The notes under the pieces are model-generated. The model saw only the letters and a program-made list of their open reading frames with translations. It searched no databases and had not been told where the DNA came from. 64,000 nucleotides of DNA from Candidatus Altimarinota bacterium (GTDB lineage Bacteria > Patescibacteriota > Gracilibacteria > 1-14-2-50-48-13), in contig JBKBWQ010000001.1 in assembly GCA_046314355.1 (NCBI GenBank), positions 160,001-224,000 of the forward strand, given 5' to 3'. Each line of letters opens with the position of its first letter. Within the stretch, counting starts at the first letter, position 1. The position numbers and the translations under genes are program-made. Shown here piece after piece: positions 30,604-40,373 of this stretch.

Positions 30604-33600
30604 ATGTTCGGAAGAAATAATAGTTTCAATAGTGGCCGGGAATACGTGTCCCCGGAAGAATTGGAGAGTGAAAAGAACACACTGAAAAAGCTTGAGAGGG
30701 AGCTTGCTTTTAAAGATGTAATTGATATTCGTGCTCTAACAGGTGCAAGGTTAGAAAATGTATTTGAACTCACGTCTGCTCCAGATGTGGAAGAGAGAGA
30801 AGCGAAGATACTATTCCCTGATGCTACACAACAGGCTGAAGCATTAGTAAAAGCAAAGGATGCTTTTAAGACTGATCTTGATACAAAAAATCAGACACTC
30901 CCGGCAAATGCAAGTTTGATGGAGGTGATAGAACGCTATGTATTTAATGATAGATATTTAAGTATAAATTATACTGCATTAGGTTCAGAACAATATATAA
31001 TAGATAGAATAGTGAAACTCTCTTCTATACTTGGATTAGAATATCCTAAGTTAGGAAAGAGTCTGTATAAAACCCGCACTTATAAGATTGCAGTTGATAG
31101 TGAAGCTGTAGAAGAGAATATTGGTATTAATGCTGTAGGACTTTCCAAATTTGATTTTAAAAATCAGGAAGATTATGAAAAAGCTTATGCAATGCTCCGA
31201 ATAGAGACTATACGCAATAACAAACTTGCGATCGAGAATGTTGACTCAAAATTGCAGAAAGATTTATGGAAAATCATAGAAAATGATAGAGTACCGCATC
31301 CTAGAGATCCAGCTAAATCCTTAAGACCAGCAGGATACTATTCTGAAGATAATATTACTGAGTTCTCAGATCACCTTGTAGAAGTAATGACGAAATACTA
31401 CAAGCAGTTAAATGATGATATTTCAGAACTGGCAAAGAGAATACAGGATGAAATGATAAAAAATGGTTATGATTTGACCAAGATGGATAAGCCACTTACA
31501 CCAACCTTAGTATTAGACTTAGATAAGCTCAAAAAGGCTAATGATACGATGAAAAATTATAATAAGATCATGGAGAAAGTCATGACTCCTTTAATCACAA
31601 AGAAGAATTTTGCAGGCTCCATGACAAGTTTTACTACCGCAGGACCTACTGGAGCCGGAGGCGTCCCTACTACATATACATTTCCATCTAAGGCTTTTCT
31701 TCCAAATACCGAGGAACAGGATAAGGTAAAAGCACAGCTCAATGCAGAGATTCTAACTTTTACTGATGAAGCGGTAGAAAAGTTTTTCTCCAAAGCCTTT
31801 GGTAAAGATCCTGATGCTCACTCAAAAAAGGCAAATGATGTCCTTGCAAATAAACTTCGAAGTGATGCAAATAATGGTGGTATGAGAAGTACCTATATCA
31901 GATCTCCTGAAGAAGCTGAGAACCTTGTGAAGATTCTTACAAAGAAAGATATTCATATACGTCCTGGAGCATGGTTTAAATTTACTGGATTAAGAGATCC
32001 AAAAGGCGCTGCTCCTCAGTTTGAAAAGATTGTTGCTGCCACTGAAGATTATGTAGAACTCTCCCCATCAGGTAAGAGAATACCATTGCATGTATTTGCT
32101 CAATACTTGATAGATCCTGAGTATGGGACTATATCAGGGAAAGACGTAAAAATAGAGTATATATATGACGGACAGTCAGATCCTATTGATTCTTTTGATA
32201 AACTTGCAAGTAAACTTGGAGTCACTAACGGAGCAAAGTCTCCTATCCGTCCTGGTGCAAAAGTAATCGTGAAAAATGAAGAGAATCAGACCAATGAAGT
32301 CGCAGATGAGATTCTGTCTATTGATAAAAGTGGGAATACAATAACTTTAAAGTATGGCGGGCGTATGAGTTATGAGGAGTTTTACCTTCACTACTCTATG
32401 CACAACTGGAAAATTTTCGAAGATATTGAAGAATTTAACCGGATTGAGGGCGTCTCACCAAAGACAAAAGAAAAAGGCGGTTGGGCATCCATTAGTACAG
32501 TCTATAATGCTATCGTAGATAAGATCAAAGAATTTACAGATGATTTTAAGAAAAAAGATAAAATTAAAAAACTTGAGGCAAAGGTTCATTTCTTGAAGGA
32601 AGATACAGGACTGTGGAAAGCTGCGAATAAGGAGCTTGGCGGTGAAGAGACAAAGGCTGTGGATGAAAGAATAGATGAACTAAAAGCAGATTTTCCAAAA
32701 GGAGGAGAAAAAAGAAAAGGTTTGTTGGCTTTCATGAAAAATCCTCCTGACATGAATACCTTTAAAGGTCGTGTAGAGATCAAAGCATGGCTTGAGCTTA
32801 CATTAAAAACCTTTGGTACTCTTTATCCTATTGATGAGAAGGATACAAAAGCTGGGTTTACTCACTTTGAAAAAAATCGTTTTTGGATTGGTATATTTTC
32901 TACGTTTGGTTTCCACCAGGAATTTAATGGAGAAACCTATTATGCACAGCCTACAAGAGCCTTAGATGATGCCGCAAAGAAGGACGGTCCTGTGGATGCA
33001 CGTGTAGAGTACAATACTCTATTCCAAATGCTGACGCGGAATGAAAATGCCAATAGAGTACTCAAAGGTGCATTTGGAGGTGGCTACGCAGGTAAAATAG
33101 GTGGTCTTAAGAAAGAAGGTGACGGAAATATTGAGACAGGTAAGGCTGACGCGCTCAAGGCGACAAGAAATACTACTGAAGTATATAAGGTTGTATCAGA
33201 GACTATTCAGAATCAGGAATGGGCAGGACTTATCACTGTGTTTGATAAGCTTGCTCAGAAAGGATACTCTCCAGAGCAAATGTTTAACCTCTTTCTTTAT
33301 CTATTTGATAAGGTTCACTATGTTGAAAATAATGAACATATGTCAAAGATACCATTTGACGTGCTTCAGAATGTAGGAAAAAAGATTGGTGGTGCCTATC
33401 CAGTTCCATTCTTTGGAATGTTTACCAACACCACCAACTTTAGATTCTTTTCCAACATGATCTACAATAATCCTATCATTAAGGATAGATTTAAGTGGAC
33501 AAAGGACTCTTGGAAAATGGCTGAAGCCGGCGGGTTTAAAGTACCGGCAAATAATGCATCCCGCGACCTGTATAAGTTCTTTATGATGAGAGATAATGAA

Positions 33601-34284
33601 TACGATCTCTTACGAGGATTCTCTGAAGATGGTAAAAAAGATGAAGAGAAAAACTTCAAACCTGGAGAGGCGCAGTTTGCGGAGTATAGAAAGATTATCA
33701 ATGGTGTAGTCGCCAATGCAAGATATGATACAGGCAACTTAGATATTGATAAAAATAACTGGGCACAGTCTCCGCTGCTTATGCTTTCTGAAGGATTTGG
33801 TAAGATTGTTACCTCTCATCCTATGGAAGAGGGAGAATGGCAGAAAGATCCTGCGAAGCTTTTCTTTGATGCAATGCTCAAAGAGTACGGAAAGATTAGA
33901 GGTCTCTCTTCTGATAGGCTTCCTGAGAAGGATAAGGAGGCGATTAGAAAAAAGATAGCGGAGCATCTTTGGTCTACATTCTGGTATAAATTTAAATGGA
34001 ATGAAGATTCTCGAACGGCAGCATCAAGACAAGGTATCCGCGTGCGGGATCTGAACCGTGATAAATTTATTAAAGAGTATGGTAAAAAGCTGAAAGATCT
34101 CGGACTTGATTACGATGACTGTATGAAACTTACAGGTAATGAGGATGAGAAAAAAGGATTAATTAATCATCCTGATGATGGATATCCATTTGCTCCAGCA
34201 AATGAAAATCAGTCATACTACAACAATAATGCAAGTGATGTAGATAATCTCCTCAAATATCGTTATACAGGTCCTACACCTTAG
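30604..34284 (+). CDS. Large hypothetical protein (1226 aa)
   Basis: Long uninterrupted ORF; two internal IRPGA-initiated modules. Confidence 0.75.
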   Translation: MFGRNNSFNSGREYVSPEELESEKNTLKKLERELAFKDVIDIRALTGARLENVFELTSAPDVEEREAKILFPDATQQAEALVKAKDAFKTDLDTKNQTLPANASLMEVIERYVFNDRYLSINYTALGSEQYIIDRIVKLSSILGLEYPKLGKSLYKTRTYKIAVDSEAVEENIGINAVGLSKFDFKNQEDYEKAYAMLRIETIRNNKLAIENVDSKLQKDLWKIIENDRVPHPRDPAKSLRPAGYYSEDNITEFSDHLVEVMTKYYKQLNDDISELAKRIQDEMIKNGYDLTKMDKPLTPTLVLDLDKLKKANDTMKNYNKIMEKVMTPLITKKNFAGSMTSFTTAGPTGAGGVPTTYTFPSKAFLPNTEEQDKVKAQLNAEILTFTDEAVEKFFSKAFGKDPDAHSKKANDVLANKLRSDANNGGMRSTYIRSPEEAENLVKILTKKDIHIRPGAWFKFTGLRDPKGAAPQFEKIVAATEDYVELSPSGKRIPLHVFAQYLIDPEYGTISGKDVKIEYIYDGQSDPIDSFDKLASKLGVTNGAKSPIRPGAKVIVKNEENQTNEVADEILSIDKSGNTITLKYGGRMSYEEFYLHYSMHNWKIFEDIEEFNRIEGVSPKTKEKGGWASISTVYNAIVDKIKEFTDDFKKKDKIKKLEAKVHFLKEDTGLWKAANKELGGEETKAVDERIDELKADFPKGGEKRKGLLAFMKNPPDMNTFKGRVEIKAWLELTLKTFGTLYPIDEKDTKAGFTHFEKNRFWIGIFSTFGFHQEFNGETYYAQPTRALDDAAKKDGPVDARVEYNTLFQMLTRNENANRVLKGAFGGGYAGKIGGLKKEGDGNIETGKADALKATRNTTEVYKVVSETIQNQEWAGLITVFDKLAQKGYSPEQMFNLFLYLFDKVHYVENNEHMSKIPFDVLQNVGKKIGGAYPVPFFGMFTNTTNFRFFSNMIYNNPIIKDRFKWTKDSWKMAEAGGFKVPANNASRDLYKFFMMRDNEYDLLRGFSEDGKKDEEKNFKPGEAQFAEYRKIINGVVANARYDTGNLDIDKNNWAQSPLLMLSEGFGKIVTSHPMEEGEWQKDPAKLFFDAMLKEYGKIRGLSSDRLPEKDKEAIRKKIAEHLWSTFWYKFKWNEDSRTAASRQGIRVRDLNRDKFIKEYGKKLKDLGLDYDDCMKLTGNEDEKKGLINHPDDGYPFAPANENQSYYNNNASDVDNLLKYRYTGPTP

Positions 34285-35338
34285 TTGTAAGAAGGTTGGT
34301 AATATCTTGTACTGCGGAGGATGATACATTTAAAGGAGCTTTTGCAGACAAAAGCTCCTTTAAAGTTTTAAGCAGGGCTTTCATTTCTAGGTCCTTTTCC
34401 TCCACCATCCTCCCCATCTCCGGATACATCTTCATGAACTCCTCCGCATTGTCATACTGATCTCCTCGTGACTGCGCACGCGTCAAAGGGATCATGAGTA
34501 CTGGTTTCTGCAGATATATGAACTCAGCCAATGCTGTAGATCCTGCACGGCTTATGACTATATTTGTTAGAGCAAAAATGTCCTTCATCTCATCACCCGC
34601 AAATTCAATCTGTACATAACGTTTTTCTACCTCGGATTCCAATGAAACAGGGAAGCTTTTTCCTTTTCCTACAAGATGAAGAATATTGTACTGAGAGAGG
34701 ATTTCTGCCGCATTTTTTTTGATAAAATCATTAATGCTCCCAGCTCCTAGGCTGCCGCCAACCACCAAAATAACTGGCAGTTTATTTTTCTCCAAGCCAG
34801 TAAAATTATATCCATTCTCCTTACTTCCATCCTTTAATTCCTCTCTTACAGGTATGCCGGTAAGTACCGCATTCTTCCCTGGAAAGAGAGAAAGAGTCTT
34901 TTTCCACGACACGCAGATTGTAGATGCAAACTTGCTTGATATCCGTGTGGTGAGTCCTGGATAGACATCTGATTCATGAATGATCACTTGTTTCTGCAGT
35001 ATTTTTGCTGCAATTACCACGGGGAGACTCACATAACCTCCCTTTGAAAATACTACATCGGGAGAGAGTTTTATGATCAGAAAAATGCTTTGAAATATTC
35101 CAAAAAGTACTTTAAAGACATCGGCAATATTCTGCAGGCTAAAATATCGTCTCAGCTTTCCGGCTTGTATTGCATAGAAGGGAACTCCTTCCTTAGATAT
35201 AAGTTCCTTTTCCATGCTGTGATTTTCACCTATATAGCTTAAGCGGATCTTCTGATGATCCTTCTTAAGCTTCCTGAGGAGGGCTATATTGGGAAATATG
35301 TGGCCGCCCGACCCGCCTCCTGTTAATAAAATATGCAT
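34274..35338 (-). CDS. murG: MurG GlcNAc transferase
   Basis: TGGGSGGHIFP, GKLRRY, SKGGYVS, GGSLGA, SRAGS. Confidence 0.96.
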   Translation of the reverse strand: MHILLTGGGSGGHIFPNIALLRKLKKDHQKIRLSYIGENHSMEKELISKEGVPFYAIQAGKLRRYFSLQNIADVFKVLFGIFQSIFLIIKLSPDVVFSKGGYVSLPVVIAAKILQKQVIIHESDVYPGLTTRISSKFASTICVSWKKTLSLFPGKNAVLTGIPVREELKDGSKENGYNFTGLEKNKLPVILVVGGSLGAGSINDFIKKNAAEILSQYNILHLVGKGKSFPVSLESEVEKRYVQIEFAGDEMKDIFALTNIVISRAGSTALAEFIYLQKPVLMIPLTRAQSRGDQYDNAEEFMKMYPEMGRMVEEKDLEMKALLKTLKELLSAKAPLNVSSSAVQDITNLLTTKV

Positions 35339-36464
35339 GTTCTACCGTGGTGTAACGAGATATATTGAGAAGTATGCCTGTAGCTGTGATATTCATGATA
35401 AGAGACGATCCTCCCATGGATATAAACGGCAGGGTAATTCCTGTAAGAGGAAAGATCTTGGTGGCTACTGCTATATTTACAAATGCCTGCCAGATAATCC
35501 AGAAGGTTATACCGATGGCCGTATACCGTGCAAATTTATCAGGAGCATTCTGAGCGATAAGCATTCCTCTCCAGCCGATGGCTAGAAAGAGAAGAATAAG
35601 AGCAAGGGATCCTCTGAATCCTGTCTCTTCAGCTATGGCAGAGAAAATGGTGTCACTCTCCACTTCCGGAAGATATCCCCATTTCTGAATTGAGTTATTG
35701 ATACCTCTGCCCATAAAGCCGCCGCTGCCTATTGCAATGAGACTTTGCTGGATTTGCCAACCTACATTTTTATTTGAAGGGTCAATAGAAGGATCCATAA
35801 AGTCTTTGATACGGTCCTGCACATGTTTAAATGAAAAGGCAGCAAACATGAATACAAGTACTCCGATGAGAGCCATCATCAGAAGATGCTTGAGTCTTCC
35901 TCCTGCAGCAAAAAACATGACTACGAGGGTTGGGATAAGAACCAGGAATCCTCCAAAGTCCGGCTGTGCAGCGATAAGTATACCCACTACACCGGTAATA
36001 ATACAGAAGGGAATGAAGCCTGTATCAAGATTTTTCAGTTCATCCACCTTAGGCTCCAGCCAGCGTGCCAGATATATAATAGTCGATAGTTTTACAAACT
36101 CGATCGGCTGTATTGAAGGAATATTTGCACCAAAGTTCAGCCATCCTGTCGCTCCATTCAGACTTACACCAAATGAAGTAAAGAGGAGAAGCATTAGAAC
36201 AATTCCCAGAATATATAATATTGGGGAAAATCTTTTCCAGAATGTATACTTGATGTTACTCACAACAGCCCAAATAAACAGACCGCCGACTACAAGGTAT
36301 ACTTGTTTAAGTGCATAGGTATTGATCATCTCGTCCTCTATCTTCTTGATACTAGAAACAAAGCTGAACACACTTACGCTATAGACCATGATAAGGCCAA
36401 AAACTATAAGAAGGAAAACAAGGATGAGAAGGAGGTAATCAATAGAGTGTTTCTTCTGTTGCAC
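35265..36464 (-). CDS. ftsW: SEDS peptidoglycan polymerase FtsW
   Basis: IQPIEFVK, QPDFG, AIGSGG, LPEVESDTIF, GITLPFISMGGSS; adjacent to murG. Confidence 0.92.
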   Translation of the reverse strand: MQQKKHSIDYLLLILVFLLIVFGLIMVYSVSVFSFVSSIKKIEDEMINTYALKQVYLVVGGLFIWAVVSNIKYTFWKRFSPILYILGIVLMLLLFTSFGVSLNGATGWLNFGANIPSIQPIEFVKLSTIIYLARWLEPKVDELKNLDTGFIPFCIITGVVGILIAAQPDFGGFLVLIPTLVVMFFAAGGRLKHLLMMALIGVLVFMFAAFSFKHVQDRIKDFMDPSIDPSNKNVGWQIQQSLIAIGSGGFMGRGINNSIQKWGYLPEVESDTIFSAIAEETGFRGSLALILLFLAIGWRGMLIAQNAPDKFARYTAIGITFWIIWQAFVNIAVATKIFPLTGITLPFISMGGSSLIMNITATGILLNISRYTTVEHAYFINRRRVGRPHISQYSPPQEA

Positions 36465-36522
36465 AGGAAAAAGTGAAAAAAGTTATCATCATGATATTAA
36501 GGAAAAATAGAAAGTTTGAAAG

Positions 36523-37072
36523 GTAATTAAATAAGAAAATCATTAGGCTCAATCATTAGGCTCAATAACTGTTAGTATTATTGAACAACAGATCTTTATT
36601 GATAAAGAATAATTATTATGGATAGTAAGATATTATAATAAGAGATTATGACTGTAATTCTACTTAAGGATTTTAAACCATACCAAAATGCGCTTATTTT
36701 AAGTAGTAATGCTTGGAAGGTTTATAATAAGTTATCTACTCAATGTAAATTTCATCCAGGAGGACAATTTATTAGAAGTGTTGACTCTATTGGAGCAAAT
36801 ATTGCAGAAGGCTATGGACGATATCACTATTCGGATAAAAATAAATTTTACTACAATGCTATAGGATCTTTAACTGAAGTGTACTTTTGGCTTGATATAC
36901 TTAGAGATAGGGAATTTGTACTTATACCACAGTTATCTATTATTCAAGATCAGCTAAATGAACTTTTACACATATTAAATAAAATGATTTTAGATAATAA
37001 ATCATTAAAGAATTTTAACAGTAGATAATTATAAATAATTGAGCCCAATAATGTGCGCCCAATATTGAGCCC
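36523..37072. mobile_element. Putative 'loaded' element (copy C): inverted repeat arms enclosing a four-helix-bundle gene
   Basis: Left arm has AATCATTAGGCTC x2 (36538-36563); right arm taattgagcccaataatgtgcgcccaatattgagccc (37036-37072) is in inverted orientation; mobility is inferred. Confidence 0.6.
36648..37028 (+). CDS. Four-helix bundle protein (23S rRNA IVP-like family)
   Basis: QFIRSVDSIGANIAEGYGRY...KFYYNAIGSLTE signature. Confidence 0.92.
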   Translation: MTVILLKDFKPYQNALILSSNAWKVYNKLSTQCKFHPGGQFIRSVDSIGANIAEGYGRYHYSDKNKFYYNAIGSLTEVYFWLDILRDREFVLIPQLSIIQDQLNELLHILNKMILDNKSLKNFNSR

Positions 37073-38554
37073 TTATTTCTTCAACACCCCATTATCCAGA
37101 TACCCCAACGGATCCACATGTTTTCCGTCCTGGAAGACTTCAAAATGCAAGTGTGCTCCTGTGGTCATCCATCCTGCTCCGGCTGTCCCAGGGGTACCTC
37201 CGGAGAGTCCTATGATGTCTCCACGTTTGACTAGATCACCTGCGGTTACTAGGATCTTGCTTACGTGACCGTAGAGAGTCATGACACCTCCATTGTGAGC
37301 AACCATGATATAGCTGTATCCAAGACCGCTGTCTTTTACCTTGGTTACATATCCGTCAGCTGGAGAATGGATCTCGCTTGCCTGAGGTGCAGGTATGTCT
37401 ATGGCGCTATGAGCGACTCCAAAGGTATTCACATAGCTTGAATCGTGGAAATATGCGGTTATACCTCTTAGCGGTGGAACCGGCCAATCAAGACCGAGTT
37501 TACCATTTGTACCTTCACCAAGCTGTGCAAGGATCTTTGCACGTTCTGCAATTTCTTCAGGTGAAAGAGAGCTGCTGGCAATATTTTTCTGAAAAGCCTC
37601 AAGTTTAGTTTCAATTTCCTTGATGCTTTCCTGCTGAAGGAGAACTTCTTTCTGGATCTCTTCCTGTAGTTTTCTGTTTTCTTCAACGAGAATCTCAAAA
37701 TTTTTCTGTTCACCCTGGGTTCTCTCTAAAAGCAGACGTTTACTTTCCTTCTGCTGACTTAGAGTCTGCTGAGCAATAGAGAAGGACTTTTGTAGTTCCG
37801 CTAGACGCACCTGATCGTTTGTAAGCTGTTTTTTTCTGATATTTAAAAGGAGATCTACGTCCTGCAGATCTGCTAGGATATCGCTTCCGCTTTTACGAAG
37901 GATGGTTGCATATTTATTTGCAGTTAAAATGTCATTTATACCATTTTGAGTCACAAAGTAGGACACATCATTTGAAATATTCTTTTCAGGTGCAAAATAA
38001 ACCTGATTCTGTTTATAGAGAAGTTCTACATAGGTAGTAACAATTCTATCCTGTTCCTTGCCTGCAATTTCCGTAAGATTAATTTTTTCATAATTTTCAG
38101 TAACATCCTGTTCTTTTTCTTGTATCTGTATCTGTGTATTCCGTATTTGAAGCTTTGTAAGTTCTATCTCGCTATCAAGAAGTGCAAGCTCATTTGTGAG
38201 GGAGACAATATTTTTCTTGAGACCTTCAATTTTCTGCTGATAATTATTGATATCAGCAGTTATTTGAGTAAGTTCTGATACCCGGGAATCAAGCTTATTC
38301 TTTTCGTTATCAAGCTCTGTCTGAGAATAGAAAAGTTTTGAATTCCAGTTCTTCAGTACTTGACTCTGACGTGCGTTCAAGCGGTTTACTAGATCTTTTA
38401 TCTCCTTCTCTGGATCTGTCTGTGCTGAAGTCACTGAGCCTTGAGCGTGAACTGGGAAAGATAGAGAAAAAATATCTGTCCAAAACAGGGAAAAAAGGAT
38501 CAGGCTCAGAGTCAAATATGTGAATTTCTTTTTCATGTCGGGTATTATAAACAT
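37073..38554 (-). CDS. Coiled-coil M23 peptidase (EnvC-like / murein hydrolase activator)
   Basis: Signal peptide, long coiled coil, HSAID, YGH, TTGAHLHFEV. Confidence 0.88.
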   Translation of the reverse strand: MFIIPDMKKKFTYLTLSLILFSLFWTDIFSLSFPVHAQGSVTSAQTDPEKEIKDLVNRLNARQSQVLKNWNSKLFYSQTELDNEKNKLDSRVSELTQITADINNYQQKIEGLKKNIVSLTNELALLDSEIELTKLQIRNTQIQIQEKEQDVTENYEKINLTEIAGKEQDRIVTTYVELLYKQNQVYFAPEKNISNDVSYFVTQNGINDILTANKYATILRKSGSDILADLQDVDLLLNIRKKQLTNDQVRLAELQKSFSIAQQTLSQQKESKRLLLERTQGEQKNFEILVEENRKLQEEIQKEVLLQQESIKEIETKLEAFQKNIASSSLSPEEIAERAKILAQLGEGTNGKLGLDWPVPPLRGITAYFHDSSYVNTFGVAHSAIDIPAPQASEIHSPADGYVTKVKDSGLGYSYIMVAHNGGVMTLYGHVSKILVTAGDLVKRGDIIGLSGGTPGTAGAGWMTTGAHLHFEVFQDGKHVDPLGYLDNGVLKK

Positions 38555-38626
38555 TCTTAATAGTATACTATAGTTGCATTTTTCTGTCAGGGCAGGGAAC
38601 TTGTCATTTGTCTAGATTGTGGTTTC

Positions 38627-40351
38627 CTATTTATCTTCCCCAAGCCTTTGAATCACAGTGATCTTCATAGGGTTAGGTGTCAGAATATTATTTGAAAGAT
38701 CCCGTATATTTGTAAGTTCCACTGTAAATTTTTCGTTTGGCTGTTTTGTTATGTTTTGCGTATAGATGGTGAGTTGTCTGTTCTCACATTTTATAAATCT
38801 TACCTTTGGACGGCTAGATGCTTCTACTACTACTGAATCTGTATCAAGTACTGTATAATTTTCGATATTAAGACAGTCTGATTCTAGAATAGGTTCATTA
38901 AATTGGAGTATTATTCTGTTTACATCAATAAACTCCTGATTTGTAATCCTTGGGGGGGTTGAATCATTTGTAAACTTAAGATGGAGATCCTGATCTGTCT
39001 TTAAGCTACCAGTAAAGTAGGCTGAATTTTCAGCGGTTCTAAAGTCCTGAGAAGTTATAATATGATCAACAGGTGTACTAACGCTAGCAGTATATGTTGT
39101 ATTCTCCACACCGCTCTGTTTAAATATATGGAGATTATAAGTATTGTCTGAGATTACATCTTGAGGGAGAGAGTATGCAAATTCAATGACAGAAGTTGTT
39201 TTGGGCTCTATCTCTAGTTTTTTGCCGAATACGGTGTATCCAAGTTCTTGGTATGGCTCAATATCGCTGCTATAACCAGGAAGTAGCGTAGAGCCCTTTG
39301 GAGCATATATACGCACATATCCTTTATAGACATGACTCAGTGGGGGATTATAGTCACCACTATGTCTAAAGACAAGTCTAACCTTTGCTTCAGGCTGCAG
39401 TTTAGAAGTAATATCTGTAGATTTCTTCAAATTAACGAAATATTCAAAAGATCTGCTGATATAACGGTCTGATTTCATGCCCCCAAGATTTGCTTCTACG
39501 ACACCAAAAATATCCCGCTTATTCTCAGATACAGGAAAATCTGCTGTCCATTTATATTTCTGGAATGATTTCTCAAGATTTTCATCGGTGAAATACAGAG
39601 AAATATCCTTTGAATCAAGATCATTTCCAAGCAGTGTAAAGATCTGAGGATATTTAGGAAGTGACGTAATGAGTTTCTTTGTAAAGGCAGGAGCTATAAT
39701 ACTTAAGATACTTTTTCTGTTCTGCAGCTGAGCAATATCATGCAGATCAATATTATTCTGTTCATACTGGATTGTATGAAATAAATTATCTTTACTTATA
39801 GATTTTCCATTTACATTTATGGGACCTATGATACCTAGAAGATCTTCAACAACAGAAAAATTAACAGCAATAATACCATCTATATTTTTATTTGGAAATT
39901 CTTCTTTATAGAATTCGAGAGTAGTTTTTGCAGATGTTTTGAGGTCTGGAATCCAGTTTGAGTCATGAAAACTATAACCTTTATAATATTTATTCTGGAG
40001 TAAGTCACCCATAGGATAAGGTGGTTCCTGAATTTTATCATCATTATACCCTTTCAAAGTAAATACATCTTTTATGAAAAAAGATGGAAAGAGACCGTTC
40101 TGTATGTGCAGTTCTCCATAAGCAGCAACAAAGCCTCCTCCAGGACGTAGCTCTGCATTATTCTGTAGGAGTACAAGATATGTTTTACTAAAAGGAAATC
40201 CGGAGAGTTGGAATGTATGAGGAAAAAACCGCACAAGCGTATGCATACTTACAATTACCCATGCTATAAAGGCAATAAGAATATAGAGTAATATTCGAAG
40301 TACTTTCAATACAATAGGTTTTATTTTAGTAGCAGTAAATTGCTGATTCAT
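38627..40351 (-). CDS. DUF4012-domain protein
   Basis: YLVLLQNNAELRPGGGF, DSNWIPD, NLGGMKSD; Ig-like C-terminus. Confidence 0.8.
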   Translation of the reverse strand: MNQQFTATKIKPIVLKVLRILLYILIAFIAWVIVSMHTLVRFFPHTFQLSGFPFSKTYLVLLQNNAELRPGGGFVAAYGELHIQNGLFPSFFIKDVFTLKGYNDDKIQEPPYPMGDLLQNKYYKGYSFHDSNWIPDLKTSAKTTLEFYKEEFPNKNIDGIIAVNFSVVEDLLGIIGPINVNGKSISKDNLFHTIQYEQNNIDLHDIAQLQNRKSILSIIAPAFTKKLITSLPKYPQIFTLLGNDLDSKDISLYFTDENLEKSFQKYKWTADFPVSENKRDIFGVVEANLGGMKSDRYISRSFEYFVNLKKSTDITSKLQPEAKVRLVFRHSGDYNPPLSHVYKGYVRIYAPKGSTLLPGYSSDIEPYQELGYTVFGKKLEIEPKTTSVIEFAYSLPQDVISDNTYNLHIFKQSGVENTTYTASVSTPVDHIITSQDFRTAENSAYFTGSLKTDQDLHLKFTNDSTPPRITNQEFIDVNRIILQFNEPILESDCLNIENYTVLDTDSVVVEASSRPKVRFIKCENRQLTIYTQNITKQPNEKFTVELTNIRDLSNNILTPNPMKITVIQRLGEDK

Positions 40352-40373
40352 GAATGAACGAGGAGAAATAGAA

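Noticed and set aside
35265-35338. 74-bp ftsW/murG overlap as a programmed frameshift or fusion
   Set aside because: murG has its own ATG and intact N-terminal motif; best explained as a stop-codon run-on overlap
35698-36318. 206-aa antisense ORF and the many other short antisense ORFs in the track
   Set aside because: Shadows of well-supported genes on the opposite strand
36648-37028. Diversity-generating retroelement or rRNA intervening sequence
   Set aside because: No reverse transcriptase, no TR/VR pair and no rRNA sequence in the window; only the fold relationship to Avd/IVP applies
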